A stretch of 64,000 bases of DNA from assembly GCA_951406725.2 (NCBI GenBank), contig OX597843.1, positions 20,956,001-21,020,000 on the forward strand. Direction: 5' to 3'. Under the pieces are notes generated by a model, which did no database searches, was not told the DNA's origin, and worked only from the letters and a program-made list of their open reading frames with translations. Numbering within the stretch: the stretch's first letter is position 1; each line of letters starts with the position of its first letter. This DNA is from Octopus vulgaris (taxonomy: Eukaryota). Of this stretch, positions 24,445 to 37,462 are shown in pieces. The translations under genes and the position numbers were made by a program.

Positions 24445-25818
24445 CGATGTTGGACCCGGCTTTACTCGTGTTTTCCGTTTAGAAGTTAAGCCCATCTCTG
24501 ACCTTGTATTGAAATCTTCTACATTCCCTCTACCAACTGTTACCAATTAAGATGTTATATCTGATTCGGCAGGGATTTTACCCGCTTAACGCTTTTGACA
24601 TACTCCTACATACTGGACCGTCTGAAATAGCAGTGAAACGTTTGGGTGTACTTCGACACATTGAGAGTGATGTCTGTTTATTTCTCCCCCCTGAATGTCA
24701 TTCTTGGTACAAAATTAAGCAGTGTGTCCAATCTGAGTAAAATCTAAAGAAAAGTGGTAAGGTTATGTCATAAAATAGAATCCATGTGATCATTTACATG
24801 AAAATATTCCATTGACATTTTAATCTCAATACGTTATATAAATAACCGACGTTTTATATATTATAATTTTACACACTGTTCAATTTTCTTCAAAATCAGT
24901 TCATTATTTTATTGTGAATGATTTTGACGATTTCTGCCTTTCATCATTTTAATTTTAATTCTACTACATGAATCAGGCCTTAAACTTTACCTAAAAGTCG
25001 AAGTTCATCAAAATCGGATGAATTGTGTAAAAGTTACAGCATAAAATACTAATCCTATGGGTGATTGCATACAATAAGCCGATTGATATTTTAAAACGCA
25101 GTTATCGATTTTTTATCAACTCTTCATCTGGTATCAACTAATGGACATGAACTGTAATCACGTGTAAAATTTCTACAAAATCGTTAAGAATGTCTGTAAG
25201 GAAATGCTTATGTACATTTATGCCCTTTTCAAGCTCTTTCGAATTAAATAAATACATGTCCCGTATCCCCCACCAATCATTTACCTACACTTCATATTTC
25301 ATTAAAAGCGGATGAAAAATATGTAATTTACGGCCAAAAATAAAACCCCTATGGGTATTTGCACGCAAAACGTCTATTGATTTTATAAAACCACTGCTCC
25401 GGCGCAATTACCATTTTTTTCTCAACGTCATATACTGAAACCATCTCACTGCCATGAGCCTTGCTCACTCATCGACTTTCATTAAAGTTGGACAAAAAAT
25501 GCAAAAGCTGCTGGGAAAATAACATCGTTATGGGAATATGCGAGGTTAATGAACAAAATTTTAAAATGTCGCCATTGTTTTCAAATTAGGTTTCACATTT
25601 TGTTTGAAAAAATGTGTGGATTACAATGGTGATCACCGATTCCCAAAGTTTTTCTGTTAATACTTTTGTTAATGCCTCGTTAAAAAGCATTGGCCAAAAT
25701 CGGTACCGCTTGGGATTGGGGATTTGAAAAAAATGAAAACACATTCAAACAATTTTTAAAGACCTTCCTGCCATCATTTCAAGCGTTGCGGTGAAAAAAA
25801 ATTGAAAATCTTCACCAG
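24445..25818. mobile_element. Putative non-autonomous Helitron/Helentron-like element with degenerate internal repeats
   Basis: Recurring TTTCATYAAAATCGG-like motif followed by TATGGG (~25002, 25168, 25296, 25476). The last ~270 bp are homologous to 30750-31020, which continues to a hairpin-like remnant and CTAG. Confidence 0.45.
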
Positions 25819-25823
25819 AGCGA

Positions 25824-25860
25824 GTGCAGGAGTGGCTCTGTGGTAAATAGCTCGCTTACC
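25824..25860 (+). mobile_element. Isolated 5' head (~37 bp) of SINE family 2
   Basis: AGTGGCTCTGTGGTAAATAGC matches the reverse complement of 32870-32890. Confidence 0.7.
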
Positions 25861-26421
25861 TCATTGAGCATGTGCGAATCAGAGTTGTGTTTGATACTGA
25901 AACTATAAAGACGTGTTTTTGAAGCCGTCTTAAATTGAAGATTTTTGAAACTCAGCTGTACAAGTAAGAATTTTTGTGGGTCTAGTGGGGACCTGTTGTC
26001 TACCGCAATTATTATTTGCAAACAAGAAGTCCTCACTGGATTCTAGTCTACCTGTAGCTGAGTGAATATCTTTTCACTTAACTGTGAAAATTATTGTTTT
26101 GTGGGCGTATCCTGCCGCAAAATTTTGTTTGAGAATCGTGTTTGTCCAGGAATAACTCTGGGAATTTTTAGAAAAGATTTCAACAATATTGTTCCTGTTA
26201 AGGATTACCTATGAGAAGAAAATTGGAATGATTTGCGTTAAAATTTTGACCTGGAGTACCAAGTGTCCTTTACTGTGCTTTGAACTGCTGCTCTGTCTTC
26301 AACCCTCTTTTATTTAAAAAAGACTCTTTATTGAACTGTTTATTTTTTCTCCTTCCTTTTTGTTTAGACTTTTTCTCTTCCTTCTTTATCCTTAATTATT
26401 TTGTATTTTATGAAAAGAAAC

Positions 26422-27661
26422 ATGGCAAAGAACAATGGAAAGTTGGTGGAGTGGGAATTTATACCACCCAAAAGATGATTAAAAGAACTTGAAAGTAAGA
26501 CGGTGGGTTTGAGGACCTACTCTAGAATCCTCGACGCCATTGCCGTTTTCAAAAATATTAACGAAAGAGAGATGGCAGAATTTAAGCCAGCTATTAAGTT
26601 TATCACTCGGAGGGTCAAATATGCAACCGTGTGGTACTATTTTACTTCCCAGCAGTGGATTGTGATTTTGCGTGCCAGCTCCTGGAAGGCAATGCAATTT
26701 TGTTTCTTCCCACTTATTGTGGGAAGAAGTTGACGAGGGCTTGGGTTTGCGGCTTTCCACCCGGTGCTGAGCCCGAGTGGATAGGAGATACTATCCGCCG
26801 GGGTCTGGGTGGCAGTAGTACCAAGCTCTTCAATGTAAATATTCTGCCTGCGGCTTACTGGGAGGGGTCAAAAGCTGTTTTGACCCTCTGGACCAAGTCA
26901 GCCGAAAGTCTGGTATTTCCAGACTTTTTGAGAATCGGCTGGTCCAAGTATCCGGTGATGCTTGAGGGAGCATCTCCTTCAAGTGTTATCGGTGCCTTGA
27001 ACCTGGCCATATAAAAAAGAACTGTCCTCAACGGCAAAGCAAAATCCTGGAGCGGTTAACGGAGACCTCTGTAGAAGAAGGAATGCAGGCGGCCGAGGAG
27101 ATAGAGGATGCCTCAAAGAAGAGCCGCAAAAGGAATAAGGTGAGTAATAATGGGTGCTCACCGAAGGATTCTGGGAATGCGGGAGGGGAGGCACATGTTC
27201 CGGTCACGGACGAGATGCACCCTCCCCCAGTCAAGAAGCAAAAAGAGGATAAAGGAGAAACGGGATATTGTCGGAGACATGGAGCCTCATCGGTGGGGGT
27301 CGTGCCACTGGCGGGGCGGCGTGGGTAGACACCCTTGGTAAGAATTGTTCCACCAATGGTAGGATTGACTACCTCGGACCCGCAGAAGGAAGAACTGCTG
27401 TTCTTCTGTTATAGAGGGGGAGTGGTGGAAAAGGTGGTGGTAGAACGCTACAAGGGAGAACCTTTGGCCTTCGCACGGTAACCCGAATGGCCTCCGCAGA
27501 TGGCTGTGGACTTCATAACGTTGCGCATGTTTCATAGGCTAGGGGGACTAAAAGAGGAATATCGCTCGCGGCCGGGTGACGCCAACTCGGAGCATGCCTT
27601 GATTTTAAAGCTAGCATGGGCGATGGTGGAGTACACGTACACAAGCGATGAAGAGGATTGA
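26422..27661 (+). pseudogene. Gag-like ORF1 of a Tx1/L1-type LINE with CCHC zinc knuckle, disrupted; no ORF2 follows
   Basis: ATG at 26422, LPTYCGKKLTRAWVCGFPP, knuckle CYRCLEPGHIKKNC (26984-27025, in a different frame from ORF 26631..27014), TGA at 27659-27661. Confidence 0.7.
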
Positions 27662-27779
27662 CAAGAGGTTGAAAAGCCTCAGTGTTATAATGTGTAAGAA
27701 GTTAAGAGATAAAAATGGAAGCTAAGAGAAATGGTGGTAGTGGTTGTGAGTGTGGTGGTAGTAAGTATTTTAAATCTCC

Positions 27780-30012
27780 TATCACCTAACGCATGATCAG
27801 AAATGCAATTCCATGAAATATTCACACTTATATACAGTGTCATATGTTCGGCGTATATATATATTACAATTATATATATATATTATAATGAAAGTACCAG
27901 GAGTGTAAATGTACAATTGCGAAAGTGTGAACTACACTTTAGAAGAAGGGATTATATAAGGCGTTACAATTTTTCCACAAGCAATGAAATTGCTGCAACG
28001 TGAAAACAGAGACATTCTTGTCTATCCATGGAATACACCTGCAGAGCGAATCTCGCAGACATTGTGCCATCTAGTCCCAATGAGTTATCCACTTCTATTC
28101 CCTCATGGAAAGTCCGGATGGCACTGTGGGATTCTATATGTGGAGAAACGCAGAACATCCGCTCGCAGACGACTCACGATGTAATTTAGGGTTGCTGATT
28201 GCAGTACCTTGGGGACCATCAGGCCCAGTTGCTCGTAGAGCAGTACAGTGGAGTTATGGACTACCTGCAGAGAGGAGCTTTGAAGAAGTGAACACTGTAG
28301 GAGGTGAAATCTATGCAAGATTTAAAGATGCGTACATATGACTTGGTCTTCTCCAAAATTATGTTGGAACATGCCATACTAAAGGTGCTGCATATCGGAT
28401 GGCATTTCGGCCGCGTATCACGTTTGTTGTCCTTTGCACCTATTCAAATCATTCAAATGTCCTTCGCCTGAGGAACACTCACAAGAATACCATGATGGTA
28501 GATTATGCTCAGCCAGGTTTGAATGCATACTCTACACTCTATAAATTCTATGCAAATTGAAAATGGCATTAGCTGCCTTAATGTTGGCTTGTCTGAACCA
28601 GTTCGAGTGTAACGGGTAGGGCATAAACATGACATGAACCACCCCGGCATTGCAACCGTTACCGATGAGCAGAGAGTGATCGCTGATGCATTCATTAAAG
28701 ACAGTTGATAAGAAAAGGTGAGGTGAGGTGCTGGAATGTTCCTGCTTCTATGCAGAGGTTCCTGGAGGTTGGGACAAGAATTACATATTTAATACGCTGA
28801 TCTCACATCTACGAAGGAGAAACTATCAAGTGGTGCGTGCAGAGGCATAGCTTCAACATTGATGTCTGGTGGAAGGACGGTGCACAGTTTGCTCAAATTG
28901 CCCGTTCCTCTGTTGGAAACTAGCTTTTGCAGTGTACCACCCATCTCTGACCAGAAATTGTTTGAGAAATTTGTATTTGATTATTATAGATCAGGCTTCC
29001 ATGATCCCTCTTTATGCTTTTCATGCTAATGACAAAGCTCTGAAAGAAATCACTGGCAACAATGAAAGTTTCGGTTGTAAAGTTGTGCTCATTGGTAGAG
29101 ACTTCAGGCAAGTTCTGCCAATATTGCCAAGAGGAACTCGTGAGGCAGTAATTCAGATCTCCATTAAGAACTCTCCTCTCTGGTTACACTTCAGACATTT
29201 ATATGTTGAGCCAAAATAGAGCAATAACAGGTCGAAGAGAATTTGCAGCATGGCCACTACTCTTTGACTATGGCACCACAACGCTTATGCAAGATCCAAG
29301 CGAGTCAGTGATGATGTAGAAGTGCTACAGGATTCATGCTTTAATGGGTCACTGATAAATGATGCTTTTTGGCAATGCCGCTCAAGAACAAAGAACAAGT
29401 AGAGTGATCCTCTCACCAAAAAGGTCAGACTGCTTAAAGATAAACGAAGGAGTTATGGATAAACTCCAAAGGTGACCAGGGCTTTTAATAAAACATGGAT
29501 AAGGTCTTCACAGATGAGCTGCTGAAGCTGAGCGATATCCACTGGAATTTCTGATTTCATGGATACCATCTGGAATGCCACCTCCTAGATTGCATTTGAA
29601 ACCTGACTCCATAATCATGCTCCTGAGGAATATTTCAATTCAAAATGGTCTCTTTAAAGGAAAAAGACTGGAAGTGGAGGCCCTCCATCAAAACTCCATT
29701 GAAGCCTCAATAATAAGTGGCACATTGATCAGGAGACGTATTCTCATTCACAGATAAGGCTGGTACTAAGAAACCAAATCCCGTTCGCTTGACAATTGCA
29801 ATGACAATCAATTAATCGAGTGGGCAGACATTTGATAAACTGGAGCTATTCTTGCTTGAACCTGCGTATTAATGGTCAGCTATATGTTGTTTCCCAAGGG
29901 CTCACAAACATTATCTGATATTAAAGTTAAAGTTATCAACACTGACAAACAAGGGAAAAGAAGAGGGAGAAGTTACGCGAACAACACAATCTGTAACGAA
30001 GTATTGGATTGA
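27780..30012 (+). mobile_element. Helitron remnant B with Pif1-like helicase, internally deleted
   Basis: IIIDQASM, FGCKVVLIGRDFRQVLPI, MPPPRLHLK...IMLLRNISIQNGL, GQTFDKLELFL and GQLYVV. 28290-28750 is homologous to 20755-21230, and 27786-27870 to 14027-14120. Confidence 0.88.
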
Positions 30013-30647
30013 AAGGTGTACGCAAATTGAAATATGTATAAGCTCTGATGCACCGCCTTTCTTATGAACTACCAACGATGTGGCTTTCAGACGATGCCAT
30101 GTTGCATTAAATTTTCAACCCTATGTTTTACCTATAAAATCATTTTTTTACTATAATATTTTTGTTTTCTTGATATGAACTTGTGGCCATGTAAAATTTA
30201 AAGTGTAATTTTTCTCTCTATGGGGTAAATGGAAAAAATATTAAATATTTATTTTATGATTGCTGTGTATTAAGTCTATAAAATCGTACATGAAGTATAT
30301 AAAGTATATATATAAAGTGCATTAAGTAATCATCGTATTTCAGTTTCCTTCAATTTTCATTGAATAGCAGATGAGAAACATTCTTTTCATACACACACAA
30401 CACAGTCTACGCTTTCAGATATTTTGGATAAATTTTTCAGGAATCACCGAAAAGTTTTATTATTAATTCCTTGGAATATTCATGGAACCCGCTACTGAAA
30501 TAATAAATGTTTAGTATTAAGAATCAGATGAAGTGAGAAAAGAGGAAAATGAGAGAGAAGGGTGAGACGATGATGACAATCAATATTATGATCGTGATGA
30601 TGATGACGAAGATGATGATGATGATGATGACAGCGATAATGTTGATC

Positions 30648-30747
30648 NNNNNNNNNNNNNNNNNNNNNNNNNNNNNNNNNNNNNNNNNNNNNNNNNNNNN
30701 NNNNNNNNNNNNNNNNNNNNNNNNNNNNNNNNNNNNNNNNNNNNNNN
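30648..30747. other. Assembly gap (100 N)
   Basis: Run of exactly 100 N, probably a placeholder of unknown size. Confidence 0.99.
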
Positions 30748-31119
30748 TACCGAACAAACTATTTAAGATGTCGCCATTGTTCTCAAATTACGTTTCACTT
30801 TTCGTTTGAAAAGAAAGAAAGTGTGGATTATAATGGTGGTCACTGAATTCGCAAATTTTTCATTCAAAACTTTTTTAAATGCGTCGTTCAAAAGCATTGG
30901 CCAAAATCGGTACCGATTGGGATAGATTTGAATAAAATCAATACACATTAAAACAATTTCTAAAGAGCTTCCTGCCATCATCTGCAACGTTGAGGTGAAA
31001 AAAATGGAAAATCCTCACCAGAACGCAGAAAAGGTATCTTATGTGGGAATGCTGTACCAAAAGTATAACAAAATATTCTGTTGTGGGATACGCTCGGCAA
31101 CGAAGGGATATTTATCTAG
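30748..31119 (+). mobile_element. 3' end of a non-autonomous Helitron-like element
   Basis: Homologous to ~25550-25818. Ends GCTCGGCAACGAAGGG-ATATTTAT-CTAG (decayed hairpin, CTAG at 31116-31119). Confidence 0.5.
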
Positions 31120-32445
31120 AGTATATAGATATATGCGTATGTGTGTGTAGGGAATAGCGTAGACACAATACAGGCTACATAATCTTCATAGCTAAGAGAA
31201 CCACGAAAGTAGCATATTATCCTAACATGGGGTATACCAAATAAGCCATTTCTTCAGTCAAAGGATATCTTGATTTTGTGAAGTTTACATTCTCGTTAGA
31301 ATCTCCGTGTAAACTCGTTGGGAATTTGATCAAAAATGCAAAGAAAGAATAGTTCGGGAGGAAAAACAGTTGAGCAGAAGGAAAATGCAAATAAAATACC
31401 AGAAATCCTATGTATAAGAATGAGAACGTTTGTTATTGATTAAGGAGTGTGCCAGAAGACAAGGTTTGATATGGAAATTGGCTGGCGAGATGCTTTATGC
31501 ACGTATTCCGGGCCGCCCATTCACGGGTCCGTTGTAGGATAGATAAGTAAACATATTGTAGCATTATATATAGCCATTTAAAACAGAATTACAAGGATGA
31601 AGATATAGGTGTAGTATTTGAAGTGGATAGAGTGGTGTTTGAAGGAGAGGAAGGCGGAAGTGATAGTGTATTTACGTTGTAAAATAATAGACCACGGTTT
31701 GCTCGTCGAGTTGGTAGAACTAATTATGCTTTAAAATTTAAGGACATCATGTGAAGTGGGAGATAGTAGTAGTAGTAGTAGCTTTCGTCTGAGATTATTA
31801 TGTGTGTGCGTATTAGTTCACACGCGCGTATATGGTGTGCGTCTGTAGAATCTAGTAGCTGTGCACGCGTGCCTGGGTCTTTGTATATTATCATATACTG
31901 AGGAATATGTGTAGAGAGAGAAGAGTTAAGAAAATTTATGACGTATACACGATAAGGAAAACAGGTTGGGAATTAAAAAAGGAAAGAGTAAAATGTTTAG
32001 GAAATGTTTACCAATATGTATGCACAATAATATTGACATGACTATAATAATTCTATGATATATTGATTGTAAAATTAATATACTTATATCTTTCATAAAC
32101 ATCTTTTATATATTATATTTATATTCTATATTTTAATTTTCATATACTATCTGTTGTGAATAGCAGAATACACCTAATTCTAATATTAATAATAATAATA
32201 TTAGTAATAACTGAATATTATATATACTTATGGATGTAGATGTGTATGTATGTTTCAGTATATATTTATATATAGAGTGGATGTATACTCACAACATGAG
32301 GGCTAAACAGCGGTGGTGTAATTCCCTTACGGGACAGTTACGTTATGTTGACAGTATACAACCACTCCTTCGCTCCACCATCGCTCATGACTCTTCGAGA
32401 CATTTAGAAATTTAATATTTACTGATATATATATGTATATATATA

Positions 32446-32686
32446 CTCTCTTTTACTCTTTTACTTGTTTCAGTCATTTTGGATCTGCGGCCATGCTGGT
32501 GCACCGACTTTAATCGAGCAACTCGACCCCCGGGACTTATTCTTTTGTAAGCCGAGTACTTATTCGATCGGTCTCTTTTGCCGAACCACTAAGTGAGGGG
32601 ACATGAACAAGCGATACAAGCGATACACAGACATACACAACACACACGCGCACACAAACACACACACACACACAACACACACACAC

Positions 32687-32717
<31 letters not shown>

Positions 32718-32890
32718 CATATATACATATATACGTCGGGCTTCTTTTCAGTTTCCATCTACCAAATCCACTCACGAGGCTTTGGTCGGCCCGAGGCTAT
32801 AGTAGAAGACACCCACCCAAGGTGCCACGCAGTGGGACTGAACCCGGAACCATGTGGCTGGTAAACAAAGCTACTTACCACACAGCCACT
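32446..32890 (-). mobile_element. Near full-length tRNA-derived SINE (family 2) with internal (TA)/(TG) microsatellite
   Basis: Minus-strand head AGTGGCTGTGTGGTAAGTAGC...GGTTCCGGGTTCAGTCCC (A/B boxes) and tail ATGACTGAAACAAGTAAAAGAGTAAAAGAG. Confidence 0.88.
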
Positions 32891-32917
32891 GTATATATAT
32901 ATTATTATGTATAACCA

Positions 32918-32971
<54 letters not shown>

Positions 32972-33006
32972 TTATGTATAATCATATATGTATGTATGTA
33001 CGTATG

Positions 33007-33038
<32 letters not shown>

Positions 33039-33323
33039 ATATATATGTATGTATGTATATACATTTACGGTACATGAAACCCAGTTACAACTGCAGCCGT
33101 CTATTACCAGCATAAGCTGCTTTAGTTGCCAATTTGGTACAAGACATTGTAGATCTTTAGCTGGGGCCAAAAAGTCACATTCGATCACAGCACCAGTAAC
33201 AGTTAAGCTTCGTGTAATGGCCATATTCGATATCGAGAGGGCAGCCATAATATATATATATGTATTCAAATGTGTGTAGTTTGTTTATTTTATATTCATG
33301 TTTATATTTATTATTGTACTTTA

Positions 33324-33450
33324 TAATCTCTGAGGAACCCTGGAGATATATACAAGTACCTCATTGTCATCTGCCTATTACCTCAATACACTTGATTAAT
33401 AAAGGCAGAATGAGATACTTTTATCTATGGGCTGAAACAGCTGCAAGTTA
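33324..33450 (+). ncRNA. PLE-type hammerhead motif with long stem II, probably inactivated
   Basis: CT-CTGAGGA (33330-36), a long hairpin (AAGTACCTCATT/AATGAGATACTT, CTGCCT/AGGCAG), GAAA (33434-37), palindromic CAGCTG, then CA in place of UH, then AG. Confidence 0.55.
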
Positions 33451-33553
33451 TTTTACTAATTTATATTCATGTTGTTCATAATAATTACTTGTATCCTTTT
33501 CTTATATGCTATATGTATGTATGTTATTATAATTATGTATGTTATTATAATTA

Positions 33554-36500
33554 GTTTAGTGTTCGATTCGACAGTCTTCCGGCAGCTCCTGCAACCAAGC
33601 TGGTGCCAAAACGTAATGCTCTGCACTCCTTTGGACTACATCATCAAGGTCAAGAGAAGAATCTGACGATTGGGCTACCCGGGATGTTCTTACTTTCTAG
33701 CCCAGGCCTGCGCAAAACTAGAGAAGACACTTTAGTGCTGCTGTAAAAAGTGGCAGAAAAATACGGGAGGTAACAGTCACGAGCGATAAGTCATTCAAAT
33801 TGGCGTAAGATATAGGCGCTACGGGTCACCTCTGACGGTTGGAGGGGCATCCATGTCCCATTGGTTTATGACTGCTCACCTCAAGATGGGCAGCCCTCAG
33901 TTAATAAGGTGCTGACCCGCCACAGGCCGCCTGTTTCATTGGTGCTTGGAGCAAAGAGTTTGACTTGAAAAGTGCCAAAATTACAGCCTCTGCACCAGGC
34001 AAGCAGCTAAAAGACAAGAAACCACCAGTCCTGCGGTTAGCAAGCTGAAATGATGAGGACCAGTGCCCTGGAATATCTGATGATCTACTCAGGGGTTGAA
34101 GACACAAGAAAGCCGGCCATCATTAACCGTGAACAAAACAGGCTTAACATAGACATTGCTGGGCTGCAGGAGCCAAGAATCCCTTCAAACGGGAAAGTCA
34201 AAGAACAGGATTTCACATTCTACTCAGCATCTATGCTCCCACTCTCTACAGCCCAGAGGAGACCAAGGACCAGTTCTACATAGATCTCAACTGTGTCATT
34301 AAAAATATAACAACAAATGAAAACATCTACCTTCTCGGAGATTCGTGGCCCATTTGTGTTGGACACCTTGATATTGACAGCATGAATGACAATGGTCAGA
34401 GGCTACTTGAAATTTGCACATACCATGTGCATCACTAACACATTATTTGCACAACAAGACATCACACAAGGCATCTTGAGAAATCCAAGATCTCACCACA
34501 GGCATCAGATGGATCTCATCATTGCACGAAGATCCTTTCTGAATTCTGTTCACCTGACCTGTAGTTACCACACAGATCACTCACTAATTGGAAGCATGGT
34601 GATGATCCTGCCTAAAAAAGTCCATCACTCCAAGAAAATGGGCTGACCATTGCATTAACACTGCTAGAATCTCGGATCCTACACAGCGAAAATGTTTTGC
34701 TGTTTCTATCAAGGTTGCCCTCAGTAGCTGCCCAACCTCCTCTGCTGAAATTAGGTGGAATTATATCAGGGAAGCTTTTGTATACCACATCAATAGATAC
34801 TTTCGGCATGAGAGAAAGACAAAACCCAGATTGGTTCAGTGCTGGGCTCTCAGAGCTGGAACCAGTTATCGAAGCAAAGCGTGCAGCTCTGATGCAATAC
34901 AAGAGTGATTCTTCTACAAAATCACTGATGAAATCTGAAAGGCAACAAATATAACCCAACTGACAGCCAGACACTGTGCAAATAGGTATTTGGCAGGAAA
35001 TCACTGTCAGAGTATCCAGTCAGCTGCTGACAGTGGCGACACCCGGTGGGTGTATGCCGGTTTGAAGAAGGACCCTCGGCCCATCCGCAACCAAGTCAGC
35101 CCCTCTGGAAATCAACTACTGGAGGATCTCATCAAGGACCAAAGCAAAGAAAATGGATAGATGGGTGGAGTACTACCAGGATCTCTACTCACGAGAGACC
35201 ACGGTAGCTGAGGCTGCAATCGAGAGTGTCAAGATCTTGCCAGTCATGTGAGAACTTCACAGTCCACCATTTATAGCAGAGCTCAACAAGGCTATTGACT
35301 CCCTAGCAAGTAACAAGGCTCCGGGAAAAGACGGCATCCACTCAGAGATAATCAAAGCCGGCAAAAACACCATCCTGCTTCGGCACCATCATGAGCTTCT
35401 GTGTCAGTGCTGGGAAGAGCGTACAGTTCCTCAAGATATGCGGGATGCTAACATCATTACGCTTTACAAAAACAAAGGTGACTCATGGTGATTGTAACAA
35501 TTATCGTGGAATATCTCTTCCACGCACTGTTGGAAAGACCTTTGCTCACGTTATCCTGCCCAGGGTACAACTGCTTGCTTCTCGAATTCATCCGAAATTG
35601 CTGTGTGGCTTTAGAAGGAGCAGATAAACTATTGACATGATATTCTCCATACGCCAACTTCAGGAGAAGTCCAGAGAGCAGAAAATTCCATTACATATGG
35701 CCTTCATTGGTAAGTAGAAAAGGCCACTTCATCCTGCTCCAAAAAATCGGATGTCCACCAAAGCTGCTGAGGATCATCAAATCTTTCCATGACGATATGC
35801 AAGGCACCATACAGCACAATGGTTCAACAACAGCTGCCTTCCAAATAAAAAACGGAGTAAAGCAAGGTTGTGTCCTTGTTCCTACATTATTTGGCATCTT
35901 CTTCTCGCTGCTGCTCTCACATGCCTTTCAGACATCAGATGATGGAGTGTTTCTGCAGAGTAGAAGTGACTGGAGACTGTTCAATCTTTCGCTGCCTGCG
36001 TGGCAAGACCAAAATCAGAAGTCGTCCTGCTCAGGGAAATGCTATTTGCTGATGATGCCGCTCTGGTATCACACACAGAAGAAGCCCTACAAAGGCTCAT
36101 CAGCTGTTGTGAGCAGGCATGTAACGATTTTGGCTTAGCTATCAGCCTCAAGAAGACCAACATCATGGGTCGGGCTATACCAGACATCCCAAACATACAT
36201 ATTGGAGACCACAGATTACAGGAGGTGGAGAGTTTTACCTATCTTGGCTCTACCGTCACCTACAACCTATCCCTTGATGTTGAGCTCAATATACGCATTG
36301 GCAAGACAGCTGCTGTGATGGCCCAACTCTCGAAACGAGCATGGGTCAACATTAAGCTGACCAAGAACACAAAAATGAAGATTTACCAGGCATGTGTACT
36401 TAGCACTCTACTGTATGGAAGTGAGGCTTGACGCCATTCACACGCCAAGAGCGTCGCCTAAATATCTTTCACCTGCGCTGCCTCTGGAAAAGCCTTCGCA

Positions 36501-37046
36501 TCAAATAGCAGAATCATGTCCCCAACAAAGATGTCCTCAAGCAAGCTGGAATACTAAGCATGTTTGCACTCCTCACACAAAGACTTATGAGATGGCATGG
36601 ACATGTTAGCCGTATGGGAGATGGCAGAATCCCCAAGGACATATTCTACAGAGAGCTTACTAGGTGCACAAGGTCTGCAGGTAGACCGTTCTTACGATAC
36701 AAGGATGTTTGCCAAAGGGACATTAATATTAGCATCTTGGAATCAGTTGCCAGCAACCGTGGAGATTGGTGTCGTACCGTAAAAGAAGGAATACAAAGTA
36801 GTAACGGAGAGTGAGAGAGGAGAAATGGAAAGACAAGAAAAGATGTCAACAAGAAACTATGACATTACAACCAGCCAGGAAAAGTCTTCGCTACATTTGC
36901 AGCACCTGCCAGAGGAAGTGTTTGTCCAGGATACGACTACGCAGCCACAGCAGGAAATGTATTAGGACATGAAATGTAAAAAGCCGGACTAGATTATTTT
37001 ATGCGCAACTCCATTGTCTCCCGAGACAAAAAGGATGCCAACAACA
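33554..37046 (+). mobile_element. RTE-clade LINE, near full length, degraded (APE endonuclease + RT + C-terminal Zn finger)
   Basis: RLNIDIAGLQEPR, DCNNYRGISL, GVKQGCVL, MLFADDAAL, FTYLGS, RWHGHVSRMGDGRIPK and CSTCQRKC...HSRKC. Tail CCATTGTCTCCCGAGACAAAAAGGATGC(CAA)3. Weak TSD ATTATAATTA/ATTTTAATTA. Confidence 0.93.
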
Positions 37047-37141
37047 ATTTTAATTATCAGTGTAACAAAATAAATAAGTTAACATTTTTAATGTCCTAAA
37101 GTTGATGAACCAACTATTGTTCTCCTCCATTTTCTTATTTG

Positions 37142-37222
<81 letters not shown>

Positions 37223-37319
37223 ATATAATATAATATAATATAAAGTTATATCTTGAGTGACAACAACGCTCAAGATATACAACGGACTCGAAATAGAAGA
37301 GCTCTAATGAGCTGTATAC

Positions 37320-37450
37320 ACTTTTTCTTATATCCGAGGCGAGGCAATGCGAGCAACAACTACAGGACCATCACAAAATCCACAGAAACACCAAATACAT
37401 ATAAATCTTCATATACTCATTTATATCTATAATGCCCGACATTTAAAAAT
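37320..37450 (+). mobile_element. Fragment of the same PLE family as 1130-4490, opposite strand
   Basis: GCAATGCGAGCAACAACTACAGG...CATATACTCATTTATATCTATAA is the reverse complement of ~4360-4470 and ~43310-43415. Confidence 0.75.
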
Positions 37451-37462
37451 TAAAAAATTTAG

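Noticed and set aside
24990-25540. CRISPR-like repeat-spacer array
   Set aside because: The repeats are degenerate and irregularly spaced, the context is eukaryotic TE sequence, and there are no cas genes.
33554-33700. HDV-like ribozyme at the RTE 5' end
   Set aside because: Known from some RTE elements, but I could not build the nested double pseudoknot by eye.
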